Position numbers and translations under genes: made by a program. Of a stretch of 64,000 bases of DNA, positions 33,749 to 42,986 are shown piece after piece; positions within the stretch are counted from its first letter, which is position 1, and each line of letters opens with the position of its first letter. Under the pieces are notes generated by a model, which was not told the DNA's origin, did not search any database, and saw only the letters and a program-made list of their open reading frames with translations. The stretch lies in IMG/VR virus record IMGVR_UViG_3300025137_004926; one strand, given 5' to 3'. The stretch is from a virus.

Positions 33749-36567
33749 TATTCCATCCCCTCATATTGCATATCAACCATTTTCTCATGTAATATTTCAC
33801 TTGCTAAACCATTACGTAATCCTCTCTGATTTTCAGGAATCTTTTTATCTTTATAAATTTCTTCATATTGATAAAACTCTACACCTGGTATATAATATTC
33901 ACCATATGCTTTGAAGCCTGGTACGTAATTTATAAGTGCAGATATTTGAGCCTGTAAAGCCTGTTGCTGTTCTAGTGATACGGCTCTGCCCATAACATCT
34001 GCTAATTCTTTCAATTTGTTTTTGATGATTTCTTTCATCTTTTTTAATTTTGCTTTTCGTTTTTCTTCTTTAGTCATTTTCTTTTTTGAAGGTTTATTTG
34101 AAGTAACCTCTTTATCATCAGAAGATTTTTCACTTGATTTTTCTTCTTTCTTTTCTTTTTTATCTGACTTTTCTTCTTTTTCTTCTTTTTCTTCTACTTC
34201 TTCTGACTCTTCTTCACTTTCTTCATTCTCAGATTCATCAGTATCTTCCTCGGATTCATTTTCTTCGTCACTACTTTCATCCTCAGTTGATTCTTCTTCT
34301 GTACTTTCTTCTTCTGTACTTTCTTCGTCACTACTTTCTTCTGTTTCTGTAGACTCCTCATTAGCGTCCTCATTTTCTGTACTTTCCTCTGCTATATCCT
34401 CTATTGATTCTGACTCACTTTCTTCTGTCTCTACTTCTAATTCTAATTCCATTGTATCATCTGATGTGTCTTGTGTTGGAATTTCTATATCGATTTCCAT
34501 TTCTGCTTCAATTTCCATCTCTAGTTCCATCTCAATTTCTAATTCAAGTTCTTCTACAACATCTGGGACGGGAACCTCAATCACTTCTGGTTCAACTGGT
34601 GTAACTGGTAAAATCTCAACTTCTGGCATAGAAGGTACTTCAATTTCTACACCAGGTATTATTCCAGGAATAGTAACTTCTGGTGCCTCAATAATGTTGT
34701 CAACAACTGAATCACCAGTACCTGTACCATCATCAATAAGGTCGTCTATATCTGTTTCTACTACAGGTGCAACATAGCCTGGACACATATCATCATATTG
34801 TGGGTTTTGTTGACATTGTTGATTAAAGTATGCATCCTGATATCCTGTACATTGAAAGTTGTAAAGTGGATCTAAATCACATTGCTGATTAAAATATGCA
34901 TCTGCATATCCTGTACAACTTTCATCATACAATGGATTCTGTTCACATTGATATGTTAAGAAAGCCTCTGCATATCCAGTACATGAACTATCATATAATG
35001 GATTAGATTCACATTGAAGTATTAAATATGCCGCATCATAACCTGTACATTCTGAATCATATAAAGGATTGGCAGTACAAGCCTGATTGAATATGTATGT
35101 TGCATATGCATCTGCATAACCTGTACACATTTGATTGAATAGTGTATTGGAATTGCATTGTGTAGTCATGTATGAAGTTTTAAAAAATCTATAAGTTTTA
35201 CCATTGTCTGGTTGAACAGTATTTCCACTTGCATTTTTTGTATACAAGAACATATGAGTTCCAGTTCCACTACCTTGAACAGAAATATTACTGATAGTAC
35301 CATAATCGTCAGTACAACTTGTACCTGTACATTCCCATTTCCAACCACCTGCGTTTATTTCTGCTTGGTTATAATATAATATCCAATAAAGTGTTGGGTC
35401 ATTTGCTTTAGTTACTTCAACAAAGTCACTGCCGGCTCCTGCAACGTTTGTACCATTGTTAGTTAATTCTGTAATTGCATTACTGTAACCTGTGCATGAA
35501 CTATCATAGTGTGCATCTAAAGAACATTGTTGTGCTAAGTAGGCCGCGGCATAACCCGTACACCCACTATCATAAAGAGGGTTAGCAGTACATTGTTGAG
35601 TATAGATTGCATCTGCGTAACCAGGACAAGACGCATCGTGTGTTGCATCTAAACTACATTGCTGATTAAGATAAGCAGTAGCATAGCCTGGACAACCGGT
35701 ATCATATAAAGCATTAGCGGCACAATTTTGGTCATACTGTTGGGCCGCATATGCAGTAGCATATCCTGGACAACTTGGATCATATAGTGCAGTATCATTA
35801 CATGGATTTGCTCTATAAGTAAACCAAGTTTTTAAATCTTTTACGATAGGTCCGTAATACCCGTCCCAATTACCTTTATCGTAACCACTAATTCTAAAAC
35901 GAACATCACCTACTGAATTTGGTGTACGTATTGTTCCTATTTTATCTATATGATTGTAAATTTCTATATTGTCTTCGTGTATCTGCCAGACAGTTGCGCC
36001 TTCACTAACTTCATTATTACTGTAACTATTACTTGATGTCCAATCATACCATGTATCCATAGTCCAAGTTTTAGTTTCAACTACGTTACCACTAGAATCT
36101 GTGACTTCTACAACTACAACTAGTTCATCCCAATATGTATCATCGGTAATCTCACCTGTTGTAGTGTTTACTCTATCTTCAATATCAATACTACAGAATT
36201 TCCCAGGTTCATTAAAGCAATGTATATACTTCCACTGATAATGAACTTTGTCTATGCTAACGCCAGTGCCTTGTAGTGCTTGATTAATTGCGTAAGAAAT
36301 AGCAAATGTATTTTGACACTCTCCCCACCTTATAGAACTTCCGTTTGAATATACATATGCCGCAGAGGTACCTGCAGGGCAATTACCAAATGGTTGGTTT
36401 ATTGTACCATCACCTAAATCTAAGGTGTTTGGACTAGTAGTTGTTGGATTATCTGGTGCAGTAGTATCGGTTGCGTATACTGTGCTACAAAGCGAAAGCC
36501 AGAATAGCAAGAATACCGCCGATAGTAAGCCCTTCACGCATCCCTTCTTTAGCAAGTTTCTTCTCAT
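33748..36567 (-). CDS. Exported Cys-repeat protein with acidic and basic low-complexity tail
   Basis: Signal peptide; 11 copies of C-x9-C-[PT]GY; Glu-rich then Lys-rich tracts. Confidence 0.85.
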   Translation of the reverse strand: MRRNLLKKGCVKGLLSAVFLLFWLSLCSTVYATDTTAPDNPTTTSPNTLDLGDGTINQPFGNCPAGTSAAYVYSNGSSIRWGECQNTFAISYAINQALQGTGVSIDKVHYQWKYIHCFNEPGKFCSIDIEDRVNTTTGEITDDTYWDELVVVVEVTDSSGNVVETKTWTMDTWYDWTSSNSYSNNEVSEGATVWQIHEDNIEIYNHIDKIGTIRTPNSVGDVRFRISGYDKGNWDGYYGPIVKDLKTWFTYRANPCNDTALYDPSCPGYATAYAAQQYDQNCAANALYDTGCPGYATAYLNQQCSLDATHDASCPGYADAIYTQQCTANPLYDSGCTGYAAAYLAQQCSLDAHYDSSCTGYSNAITELTNNGTNVAGAGSDFVEVTKANDPTLYWILYYNQAEINAGGWKWECTGTSCTDDYGTISNISVQGSGTGTHMFLYTKNASGNTVQPDNGKTYRFFKTSYMTTQCNSNTLFNQMCTGYADAYATYIFNQACTANPLYDSECTGYDAAYLILQCESNPLYDSSCTGYAEAFLTYQCEQNPLYDESCTGYADAYFNQQCDLDPLYNFQCTGYQDAYFNQQCQQNPQYDDMCPGYVAPVVETDIDDLIDDGTGTGDSVVDNIIEAPEVTIPGIIPGVEIEVPSMPEVEILPVTPVEPEVIEVPVPDVVEELELEIEMELEMEIEAEMEIDIEIPTQDTSDDTMELELEVETEESESESIEDIAEESTENEDANEESTETEESSDEESTEEESTEEESTEDESSDEENESEEDTDESENEESEEESEEVEEKEEKEEKSDKKEKKEEKSSEKSSDDKEVTSNKPSKKKMTKEEKRKAKLKKMKEIIKNKLKELADVMGRAVSLEQQQALQAQISALINYVPGFKAYGEYYIPGVEFYQYEEIYKDKKIPENQRGLRNGLASEILHEKMVDMQYEGME
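34775..35805 (-). repeat. Coding tandem repeats of about 22 aa (66 bp), CxxNPLYDxxCxGY, in a 5+6 arrangement
   Basis: Visible in the translation; coordinates approximate. Confidence 0.8.
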
Positions 36568-37075
36568 TATCTACATCAACCTTTATAGGCATTTCTTGAG
36601 GATTTTTCTTCCACAATTCGTATGCTTCTTCACCAATTTTACCGTTATATGGACAGGGTGTTCCTGCCATAGACATTGCATCAAATACTCTTCGGTCTTG
36701 ACACATAACAGACACCGCCGCTACCTTCATGCCCATATCATACAATGTTTTGGATAATTTTAATCTTTCACAATTGGCATCCCTATATGTTTGTCCTGTA
36801 GATACTCCTAAAATCTGCGTTTGCACTGCACCACTAACACCAACAGTACATAAATCAGAATTACTTCCATTAATGGAAGGTGATATTGCACTAGGTGGCG
36901 GGCTTTTTACAGTTGTTTTAGTATCCGAATCAGATTTGACTGTACTATTACTAGTAGAATCAGTAACGATAGGATCTGCCGCAATCGCAGGTGTAAATAA
37001 CATAAATCCCAACAACAATGCAATGACAAAGGTCATGGTGGTATTGTGGGAAAGATATTTCCTTTTTAGGGTCAT
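36485..37075 (-). CDS. Exported protein with four Cys and a C-terminal membrane anchor
   Basis: GAGGAG RBS before ATG 37075; signal peptide; PPPSAISP...DLC...NCERLK...MCQD...PCP. Confidence 0.8.
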   Translation of the reverse strand: MTLKRKYLSHNTTMTFVIALLLGFMLFTPAIAADPIVTDSTSNSTVKSDSDTKTTVKSPPPSAISPSINGSNSDLCTVGVSGAVQTQILGVSTGQTYRDANCERLKLSKTLYDMGMKVAAVSVMCQDRRVFDAMSMAGTPCPYNGKIGEEAYELWKKNPQEMPIKVDVDNEKKLAKEGMREGLTIGGILAILAFAL

Positions 37076-37142
37076 AAGTGTCTCCTCGAATTTTCTCTTC
37101 AACCATATACAATTAATTTTAATTAATTATACTCAATGTTAA

Positions 37143-37148
37143 TATTTA
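37143..37148 (-). promoter_or_regulatory. Late promoter core (TAAATA) driving the minus-strand operon
   Basis: GATAAATA on the minus strand. Confidence 0.6.
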
Positions 37149-37272
37149 TCTAATTGGTTCAAAAATTTGACATGGGGTATTGACTTTTTGATAAAAATCG
37201 CTTATATTAGTAAAAGATAATTTGACACACGAATCAGTTCAAAAAATTGACACCGTCAAATAGTTGTTGCGA

Positions 37273-37350
37273 GGAGGTGCCGTGAAGTTGGAGTTTCACA
37301 CTGGTCTCCAAAACTAGTATTAGTAGGTTCGAATCCTATCACCTCTGCCA
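37273..37350 (+). tRNA. tRNA-Trp(CCA), atypical core
   Basis: CTGGT-ctccaaa-ACTAG anticodon arm, G73, CCA; C8, C9, U21, G1-U72. Confidence 0.85.
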
Positions 37351-37396
37351 ACAAATACCTATTATTGTATAAATACGACTATAATGGGAGACACAA

Positions 37397-37825
37397 ATGA
37401 CAGACCTTAATTCACTAAGCATGAACCTATCTGATATGTTACTACCATGGATTGGTGTTCTGATATCTTTAGTCGTTGCTATTTGGTTTAAAGATTTTGC
37501 TACAGGATTAGCAAAAGGCTTAAAATTTAAAATGGATCCTGCATTCAATGAAGGCGATGAAGTATTACTTGATGGTGAACTAGCAATGATTGTAAAGATT
37601 GGTGTTAGACAAACAGTATTTGGTGTATATTCTGAGAGAGGATATACTTGGAGATACGTTCCAAATGAAAGAATTCCAGTATTAAAACTAGAGAAAGTTA
37701 TCAAAAAAGACTTGCACGTTGACACGGATGAGGAAAAAGCAAAAAAGATGAAGACACTTATCGACCAAGTACAAGATGATAAGATAGCCGCTAATTCACA
37801 AGCAATAAAAAACTTGAAAAAATAA
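37397..37825 (+). CDS. Minimal MscS-like mechanosensitive channel domain protein
   Basis: One TM segment, then FNEGDEVLLDG...IG.RQT.F...VPN; TATAAATA at 37368-37375. Confidence 0.6.
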   Translation: MTDLNSLSMNLSDMLLPWIGVLISLVVAIWFKDFATGLAKGLKFKMDPAFNEGDEVLLDGELAMIVKIGVRQTVFGVYSERGYTWRYVPNERIPVLKLEKVIKKDLHVDTDEEKAKKMKTLIDQVQDDKIAANSQAIKNLKK

Positions 37826-37828
37826 CAC

Positions 37829-37857
37829 TTGACACCGCATGTGTTTAATGTTATTAT
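37829..37857 (+). promoter_or_regulatory. Sigma70-type promoter
   Basis: TTGACA-17 nt-TATTAT. Confidence 0.65.
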
Positions 37858-37886
37858 TATCTATATAAACTCACTAGGAGGTACTT

Positions 37887-38099
37887 ATGGACTTAGGTAT
37901 AAACCCAGGATACATTGCCGTTTTTTTCGGTTTAGTGTTATTCTACATGGGATATTTAAAAGGTAAGGATGTAGGCAGAGAGCAAGGCGCTGGTGGTATG
38001 GTTGACATGCTACATACAAACGGCTATCTAAAAGTAAAAGGTCATACTATGGATGAGCATGGTAAACCACAAATAGAATTTGCAAAAATAGACGAATAG
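37887..38099 (+). CDS. Small membrane protein
   Basis: AGGAGG RBS; N-terminal TM segment. Confidence 0.7.
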   Translation: MDLGINPGYIAVFFGLVLFYMGYLKGKDVGREQGAGGMVDMLHTNGYLKVKGHTMDEHGKPQIEFAKIDE

Positions 38100-38108
38100 G
38101 AATATAAA

Positions 38109-38306
38109 ATGTCTTTTGAAATTGTATACACACCAAGGGTTCAAAGTGAGGTAATAGTTGCTAAATTTGAAACATTAGAAGAAGCAACTGACCACTTAGA
38201 AACAATTAAACAAACAAGACCCAAAGCATATCGACATCATAGAATTGAAGAAGTTAAAGAACAAGAATGGTTAGGGCAAGATAGTGGAATAGAAGATTAC
38301 GTATGA
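38109..38306 (+). CDS. Hypothetical protein
   Basis: 65 aa ORF with an AGGA RBS. Confidence 0.65.
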   Translation: MSFEIVYTPRVQSEVIVAKFETLEEATDHLETIKQTRPKAYRHHRIEEVKEQEWLGQDSGIEDYV

Positions 38307-38722
38307 GTGACAATAAAGAATCTGAGAATTTAGATGCTCTTTTTGAGCGAATGGATAAGTTCTCAAAACAATTCGATTATATCAAACCTTTTGATAGTGA
38401 TATCAAAATATATTATTTCAAACATAGAGAACGTTTAAAAATGACTGTAAAAGTTTCTGATAACTTTGCTATGACATATTATTGGGATAAAGCAGAGTTT
38501 GAAGATATGATTGAACATTGGCAAAACGAGTGGGTTGGTAAAGCAAAAGGTATAGAAATGTTTGTTGGTCCAAAGAATAGAGACGGACAACGATTTGTAC
38601 GTATGTCAGCCGCACATGCGGCCTGTTTTGAACATCGTCTTCCATATCGTGCAATGATGCATATGAAAAAAGAATACTACAATCAACGTGACAATCCCAT
38701 GCCATGGGATAAAGAAGAATAG
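38303..38722 (+). CDS. Hypothetical protein
   Basis: 139 aa coupled ORF. Confidence 0.65.
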   Translation: MSDNKESENLDALFERMDKFSKQFDYIKPFDSDIKIYYFKHRERLKMTVKVSDNFAMTYYWDKAEFEDMIEHWQNEWVGKAKGIEMFVGPKNRDGQRFVRMSAAHAACFEHRLPYRAMMHMKKEYYNQRDNPMPWDKEE

Positions 38723-38778
38723 GTCTTGACAATGACATTAAAAAATGTTAAATTAAAAGATATTACACGGAGAATAAC

Positions 38779-39705
38779 TTGAAAGAATTATGGGTAGAAA
38801 AATACAGACCAAGTAATATAGGTCAGTATGTTTTCAGGGACGATAAACAAAAACATCAGGTACAAAGTTGGGTAGAAAGTGGTGCTATACCACATCTATT
38901 ATTTTCAGGCTCAGCAGGAACAGGTAAAACTACATTAGCAAAAGTTCTTTTAAAAGAATTGCAAGTTGATGAAGGCGATGTAATGATTATCAATGCATCA
39001 AGTGAAAATAATGTAGATACAATGCGTACAAAGATTAATGGATTCTCTAGTTCACTTCCTTTTTCAGGTGATTTCAAATATGTCTTATTAGATGAGGCAG
39101 ATTATCTATCTCAAAACGCACAAGCAATTCTACGTAATATGATGGAGACATATTCTTCAACATGTAGATTTATTCTGACATGTAATTATCCAAATAAAGT
39201 TATTCCAGCAATACATTCACGTTGTCAAGGGTATCATATTGAAAAACTAGATACAAATGAATTTACAGCCCGTATTGCAGAAATTCTTATTACAGAAAAT
39301 ATTCAACCAGACTTAGAAATACTTGATGTATATGTTAGGTCAGCATATCCTGACTTACGTAAATGTATCAATATGGTTCAACAGAATATTGTTGATGGTG
39401 CTTTACAACAACCTGGTCAAGGTGAAAGTGGTGAAAGTGATTGGATACTTGAATATGTGGCATTGTTTCAATTAGGTAAAGTAGCAGAAGCACGTAAACT
39501 AATCGTAGATAAAGCACGTGCAGAAGAATATGAAGGAGTGTATCGTAAACTATATGAGAATTTAGATTGGTTTGGTGATGATGAAATGAAAAAAGGCAAA
39601 GCATTAATGTGTATACGTGATGGCTTAGTAAATCACTCACTAGTTGCTGACCCTGAAATTAATCTAAGTGCAACATTATTAGAGTTACAATACATAGCAA
39701 AGTAA
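38779..39705 (+). CDS. Clamp loader small subunit (RFC/gp44-like AAA+)
   Basis: LWVEKYRP, GSAGTGKTT, LDEAD, SRC and DLRK motifs. Confidence 0.93.
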   Translation: MKELWVEKYRPSNIGQYVFRDDKQKHQVQSWVESGAIPHLLFSGSAGTGKTTLAKVLLKELQVDEGDVMIINASSENNVDTMRTKINGFSSSLPFSGDFKYVLLDEADYLSQNAQAILRNMMETYSSTCRFILTCNYPNKVIPAIHSRCQGYHIEKLDTNEFTARIAEILITENIQPDLEILDVYVRSAYPDLRKCINMVQQNIVDGALQQPGQGESGESDWILEYVALFQLGKVAEARKLIVDKARAEEYEGVYRKLYENLDWFGDDEMKKGKALMCIRDGLVNHSLVADPEINLSATLLELQYIAK

Positions 39706-40106
39706 TGTACACACCAAAAGTAATTATTCCGGAAGGAATGCAGTCACAATATAAATTAATATTATACAGAGAAGTTATTAAATTATGCGAAGACAATGAA
39801 CCAGTTAATCCATTCAAATCTGTTTATGACACAGTTGAAGGATTAAGGATAGCATTGAATACTACTAACGATTTGCCTGGTGCTATAAAACATTGGGATA
39901 CAGAAGTATCAGAAGGCAGATATAATTATATTATTCTAGGAGACCCCAATCCTTCTAGTTATAAAGAAAGTGTTTTAGAAAGAGTTATGAACGAATGTGT
40001 AAATTCAAGTAGCTATTCAATTTCAGATGAATGGTTCCTGGCAAAGATAAATATTACTGATAAAAATAAGTTAGTAGTTAACAAATCAAAGATTACGATA
40101 GAATAA
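39705..40106 (+). CDS. Hypothetical protein
   Basis: 133 aa coupled ORF. Confidence 0.65.
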   Translation: MYTPKVIIPEGMQSQYKLILYREVIKLCEDNEPVNPFKSVYDTVEGLRIALNTTNDLPGAIKHWDTEVSEGRYNYIILGDPNPSSYKESVLERVMNECVNSSSYSISDEWFLAKINITDKNKLVVNKSKITIE

Positions 40107-40107
40107 T

Positions 40108-40446
40108 ATGGCAAAAAAAGCATACATAGTAATAGCCCACTCGTTTAAACCCGCTGAAGGTGAAAATACTTCTATGAAGGACTTCGGTAAAAAAGGCAAA
40201 TGGATGATGATGGAAGATTGTTATTTCGTCACTAGACTGCGTAAACGTTATTGGGATCATTCAACAACAATTATCAATCTTACAGACGCTAAGATTGAAA
40301 AGAATTCCGCTGAAACAAGGGACTATAATAAGATAGTTCAACATGTTATGATTAAATATCCTCAACATTTTAATGCATTCGTTAAAGAGTGCAAAGAGGG
40401 TGGATTAATTAATAAGGGAGTTGCAGAGGAACAACCTACAGAGTAG
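40108..40446 (+). CDS. Hypothetical protein
   Basis: 112 aa ORF. Confidence 0.7.
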   Translation: MAKKAYIVIAHSFKPAEGENTSMKDFGKKGKWMMMEDCYFVTRLRKRYWDHSTTIINLTDAKIEKNSAETRDYNKIVQHVMIKYPQHFNAFVKECKEGGLINKGVAEEQPTE

Positions 40447-40449
40447 TAA

Positions 40450-40896
40450 ATGGCTAGTATACATATATTTGACTATGAAGACGGTATTCAAGACTTCATC
40501 GGTAGTATGTTGCCGTACGAATACAAAACATTCGATTGGGATAAAGATGGTTTCTTTCAATTCGATAAACTAAACCCATTTGGTGATTATAATATAGTTT
40601 GCTTAACTAAGCCTTATGACTGTTTACATAACGGGACTAACAAAGGTAAGTATAATGAAGAATCTGCTAAGGAAATGAAGATATGGAGCAGGAGAAACTG
40701 GAGATATAACACACAAGATATCAATGAAGAAATATATAAGTTTCTAACTAAAATGAACGGTAATTATATTTGTATTCACCCTGATATGATTGAAGAAAAA
40801 GTCACAGACCTTTGTGCATACTTAATGACTAACCAAGTAAATTTTAAAAAAAGAGAATACAATAAATTTTATAAAGAACATATTAACATAAGATGA
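40450..40896 (+). CDS. Hypothetical protein
   Basis: 148 aa ORF. Confidence 0.65.
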   Translation: MASIHIFDYEDGIQDFIGSMLPYEYKTFDWDKDGFFQFDKLNPFGDYNIVCLTKPYDCLHNGTNKGKYNEESAKEMKIWSRRNWRYNTQDINEEIYKFLTKMNGNYICIHPDMIEEKVTDLCAYLMTNQVNFKKREYNKFYKEHINIR

Positions 40897-41333
40897 GTAA
40901 ATTAATAAGAGATAAATTCGATAAAGAACATATGATGCCTACTACAAAAATTATGGGCACAATATCTGATGATATCTCTATGAAAGTTAATCAAATGGTT
41001 GTATCAGGCGATACAAGTCAAGCAAAAATAATTGTAGACCATATCAACAAAATATTAAAAACTAACATATCTGATATTAATGCAGATACTTTTCCAGAAC
41101 CTTTTCAAACTGAATCTAAGATGAACGTAGATTATTCAACCCCAACAGGTTTGTTTTTTCTAGTTACATCTGGAATAGCAGAAATAAGAGTAGAGGGAAA
41201 AAGTTTTCAACTGAATCCTAAAAAGATATTCTTTGTTAACGAAAGATTATCGTATGTTATCTTATCACCAGATAGTAGTAGACTAAATATGTTGTCTGCC
41301 AAGTTTATGTGGGATAAGAATCTTCATGCATAG
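40893..41333 (+). CDS. Hypothetical protein (possible cupin-like C-terminus)
   Basis: 146 aa coupled ORF. Confidence 0.6.
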   Translation: MSKLIRDKFDKEHMMPTTKIMGTISDDISMKVNQMVVSGDTSQAKIIVDHINKILKTNISDINADTFPEPFQTESKMNVDYSTPTGLFFLVTSGIAEIRVEGKSFQLNPKKIFFVNERLSYVILSPDSSRLNMLSAKFMWDKNLHA

Positions 41334-41565
41334 TACTAAAGTAGACTTACACGGACTTATTGTTCACGAAGGTTGGAAACGTTTTCGTCAATCAACACAA
41401 GAGGCGCACTTATATGGACATAGACAAATTGTTGTTATCGTTGGACATGGAGAAATGTCAAAAGAATTTGAAAGATGGTGTGAAGCGGATCCTTACGTGA
41501 AGGAAGCAAGACGTTTAGATAGAAACACAGGTGCATTTAGAGTAATATTAAAGAAGAAGAAATAA
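41326..41565 (+). CDS. Stand-alone Smr domain protein
   Basis: VDLHG, VIVGHG and N.GAF.V motifs. Confidence 0.75.
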   Translation: MHSTKVDLHGLIVHEGWKRFRQSTQEAHLYGHRQIVVIVGHGEMSKEFERWCEADPYVKEARRLDRNTGAFRVILKKKK

Positions 41566-42923
41566 TGTCTATATCATCTAAAACTTATTGTAAATATTTC
41601 TTTAACCATGTTGCATTATGGAATGGCAGATTAGGTAATCCGTGTTGTAGATATAATAATAAATCAGGATCACACGGAAACGACCTCCCTACTGTTTATC
41701 CAATGGAACCTGTAAAGTCTTTTAAAGAAACTTTTAATTCAGATAAATGGAAAGAGTTAAGAAGAAAGTCAATCTCAGGAGAAAAAGAGAATGGCTGTTG
41801 GAAATGCTATGAGGAAGAAGAAAACGGAATAACATCATTAAGACAACAAGCAAATGAAATAATGCTTGAACAAAAAGCTGATGCAGGTTTAACACATGAT
41901 AGCCAAGGTGATTGGGCAGAAGTAATAGATTACATACAAACACCTAAATTAACTTATATTGAAATGAATTTAGGAAATTATTGTAATCTTGCATGTAATA
42001 TATGTTCTTCTGCATTGAGTACAAAGTGGGAAGAAGATGATAGATGGTTAAATGATGAAAAGGGGTTTGGTAGAGGAGTGTTTGGTACAGATACAAAACT
42101 ACAAATCGAATATAACAAAGAAGATTATGAACATGTTAATAGAATAAAGTTCGTTGGTGGTGAGCCAATGTTGCATCCAAAGTTTGGAAGTATTGTAGAC
42201 TTTATTATTGAAACAGGTTACGCAAAGAATATTGCTTTGCATATTTTTACAAATGCAAGTTGGATACCAAAGGATAAAATTATCAATAGGTTGAAACAAT
42301 TTAAAGAAGTAAAAATATCGTTGAGCATTGACGGAACCGAGGAAGTAAATGACTATACGAGACATTTAAGTTCTTGGGAAACTGTAAACGCAACAGCCAG
42401 AAGTTGGCTAGAACTATCAATGAAATATGAAGGTTTTCAAGTAAAATGGGAACCCACTTTGAGTGTGTATAACGCCAATCACATTCCTAAAATGTTTCAA
42501 TGGTGGGTAGACTTATGCCTAGAAATAAGAGGTGAAAATATACAAAAAGCCTTATTAATTAATGGTGGTGATACTATCAACATTTATCTTAATAATGTAA
42601 TATATCCTGCTTATCTACAACCAAAACTTTTCCCTCATGAAAAGAACGGTGAAGGAGATAAAGATTTGTTTAGAAGAATCGAAAAATGGTTAAATGACCT
42701 CACAGATAAACATTATGAAAAGGGCAATCATTGGAATATGGCTACGATACGTATGTTGAAAGAAACTGTTCGTAAAGGAAAGTCATTAATAGCACAAGAA
42801 CCAAGTAGAACAGAAATATTAGATTTTTACAAGTATTCTATTTTATTGGACAAACGTAGAGGTAAAGATATTAAGACTGCTTTACCTGATGTTTGGAGAT
42901 TAGTTACTAAAGAAAAAGTGTGA
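41565..42923 (+). CDS. Radical SAM protein with an N-terminal twitch/SPASM-like Cys cluster
   Basis: CNLACNIC, GGEP, TNAS, SIDG; N-terminal C...PCC...CWKC. Confidence 0.9.
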   Translation: MSISSKTYCKYFFNHVALWNGRLGNPCCRYNNKSGSHGNDLPTVYPMEPVKSFKETFNSDKWKELRRKSISGEKENGCWKCYEEEENGITSLRQQANEIMLEQKADAGLTHDSQGDWAEVIDYIQTPKLTYIEMNLGNYCNLACNICSSALSTKWEEDDRWLNDEKGFGRGVFGTDTKLQIEYNKEDYEHVNRIKFVGGEPMLHPKFGSIVDFIIETGYAKNIALHIFTNASWIPKDKIINRLKQFKEVKISLSIDGTEEVNDYTRHLSSWETVNATARSWLELSMKYEGFQVKWEPTLSVYNANHIPKMFQWWVDLCLEIRGENIQKALLINGGDTINIYLNNVIYPAYLQPKLFPHEKNGEGDKDLFRRIEKWLNDLTDKHYEKGNHWNMATIRMLKETVRKGKSLIAQEPSRTEILDFYKYSILLDKRRGKDIKTALPDVWRLVTKEKV

Positions 42924-42929
42924 TTTTAC

Positions 42930-42958
42930 TTGACAAATCACACAGACAGTGCTATACT
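42930..42958 (+). promoter_or_regulatory. Sigma70-type early promoter
   Basis: TTGACA-17 nt-TATACT with extended TG. Confidence 0.7.
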
Positions 42959-42986
42959 GTTTAAGTAATCAGAAAGAAAATCAAAC

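Noticed and set aside
34016-34777. 253 aa Ser-rich + strand ORF
   Set aside because: Antisense shadow of the Glu-rich tract of the 939 aa gene; no RBS.
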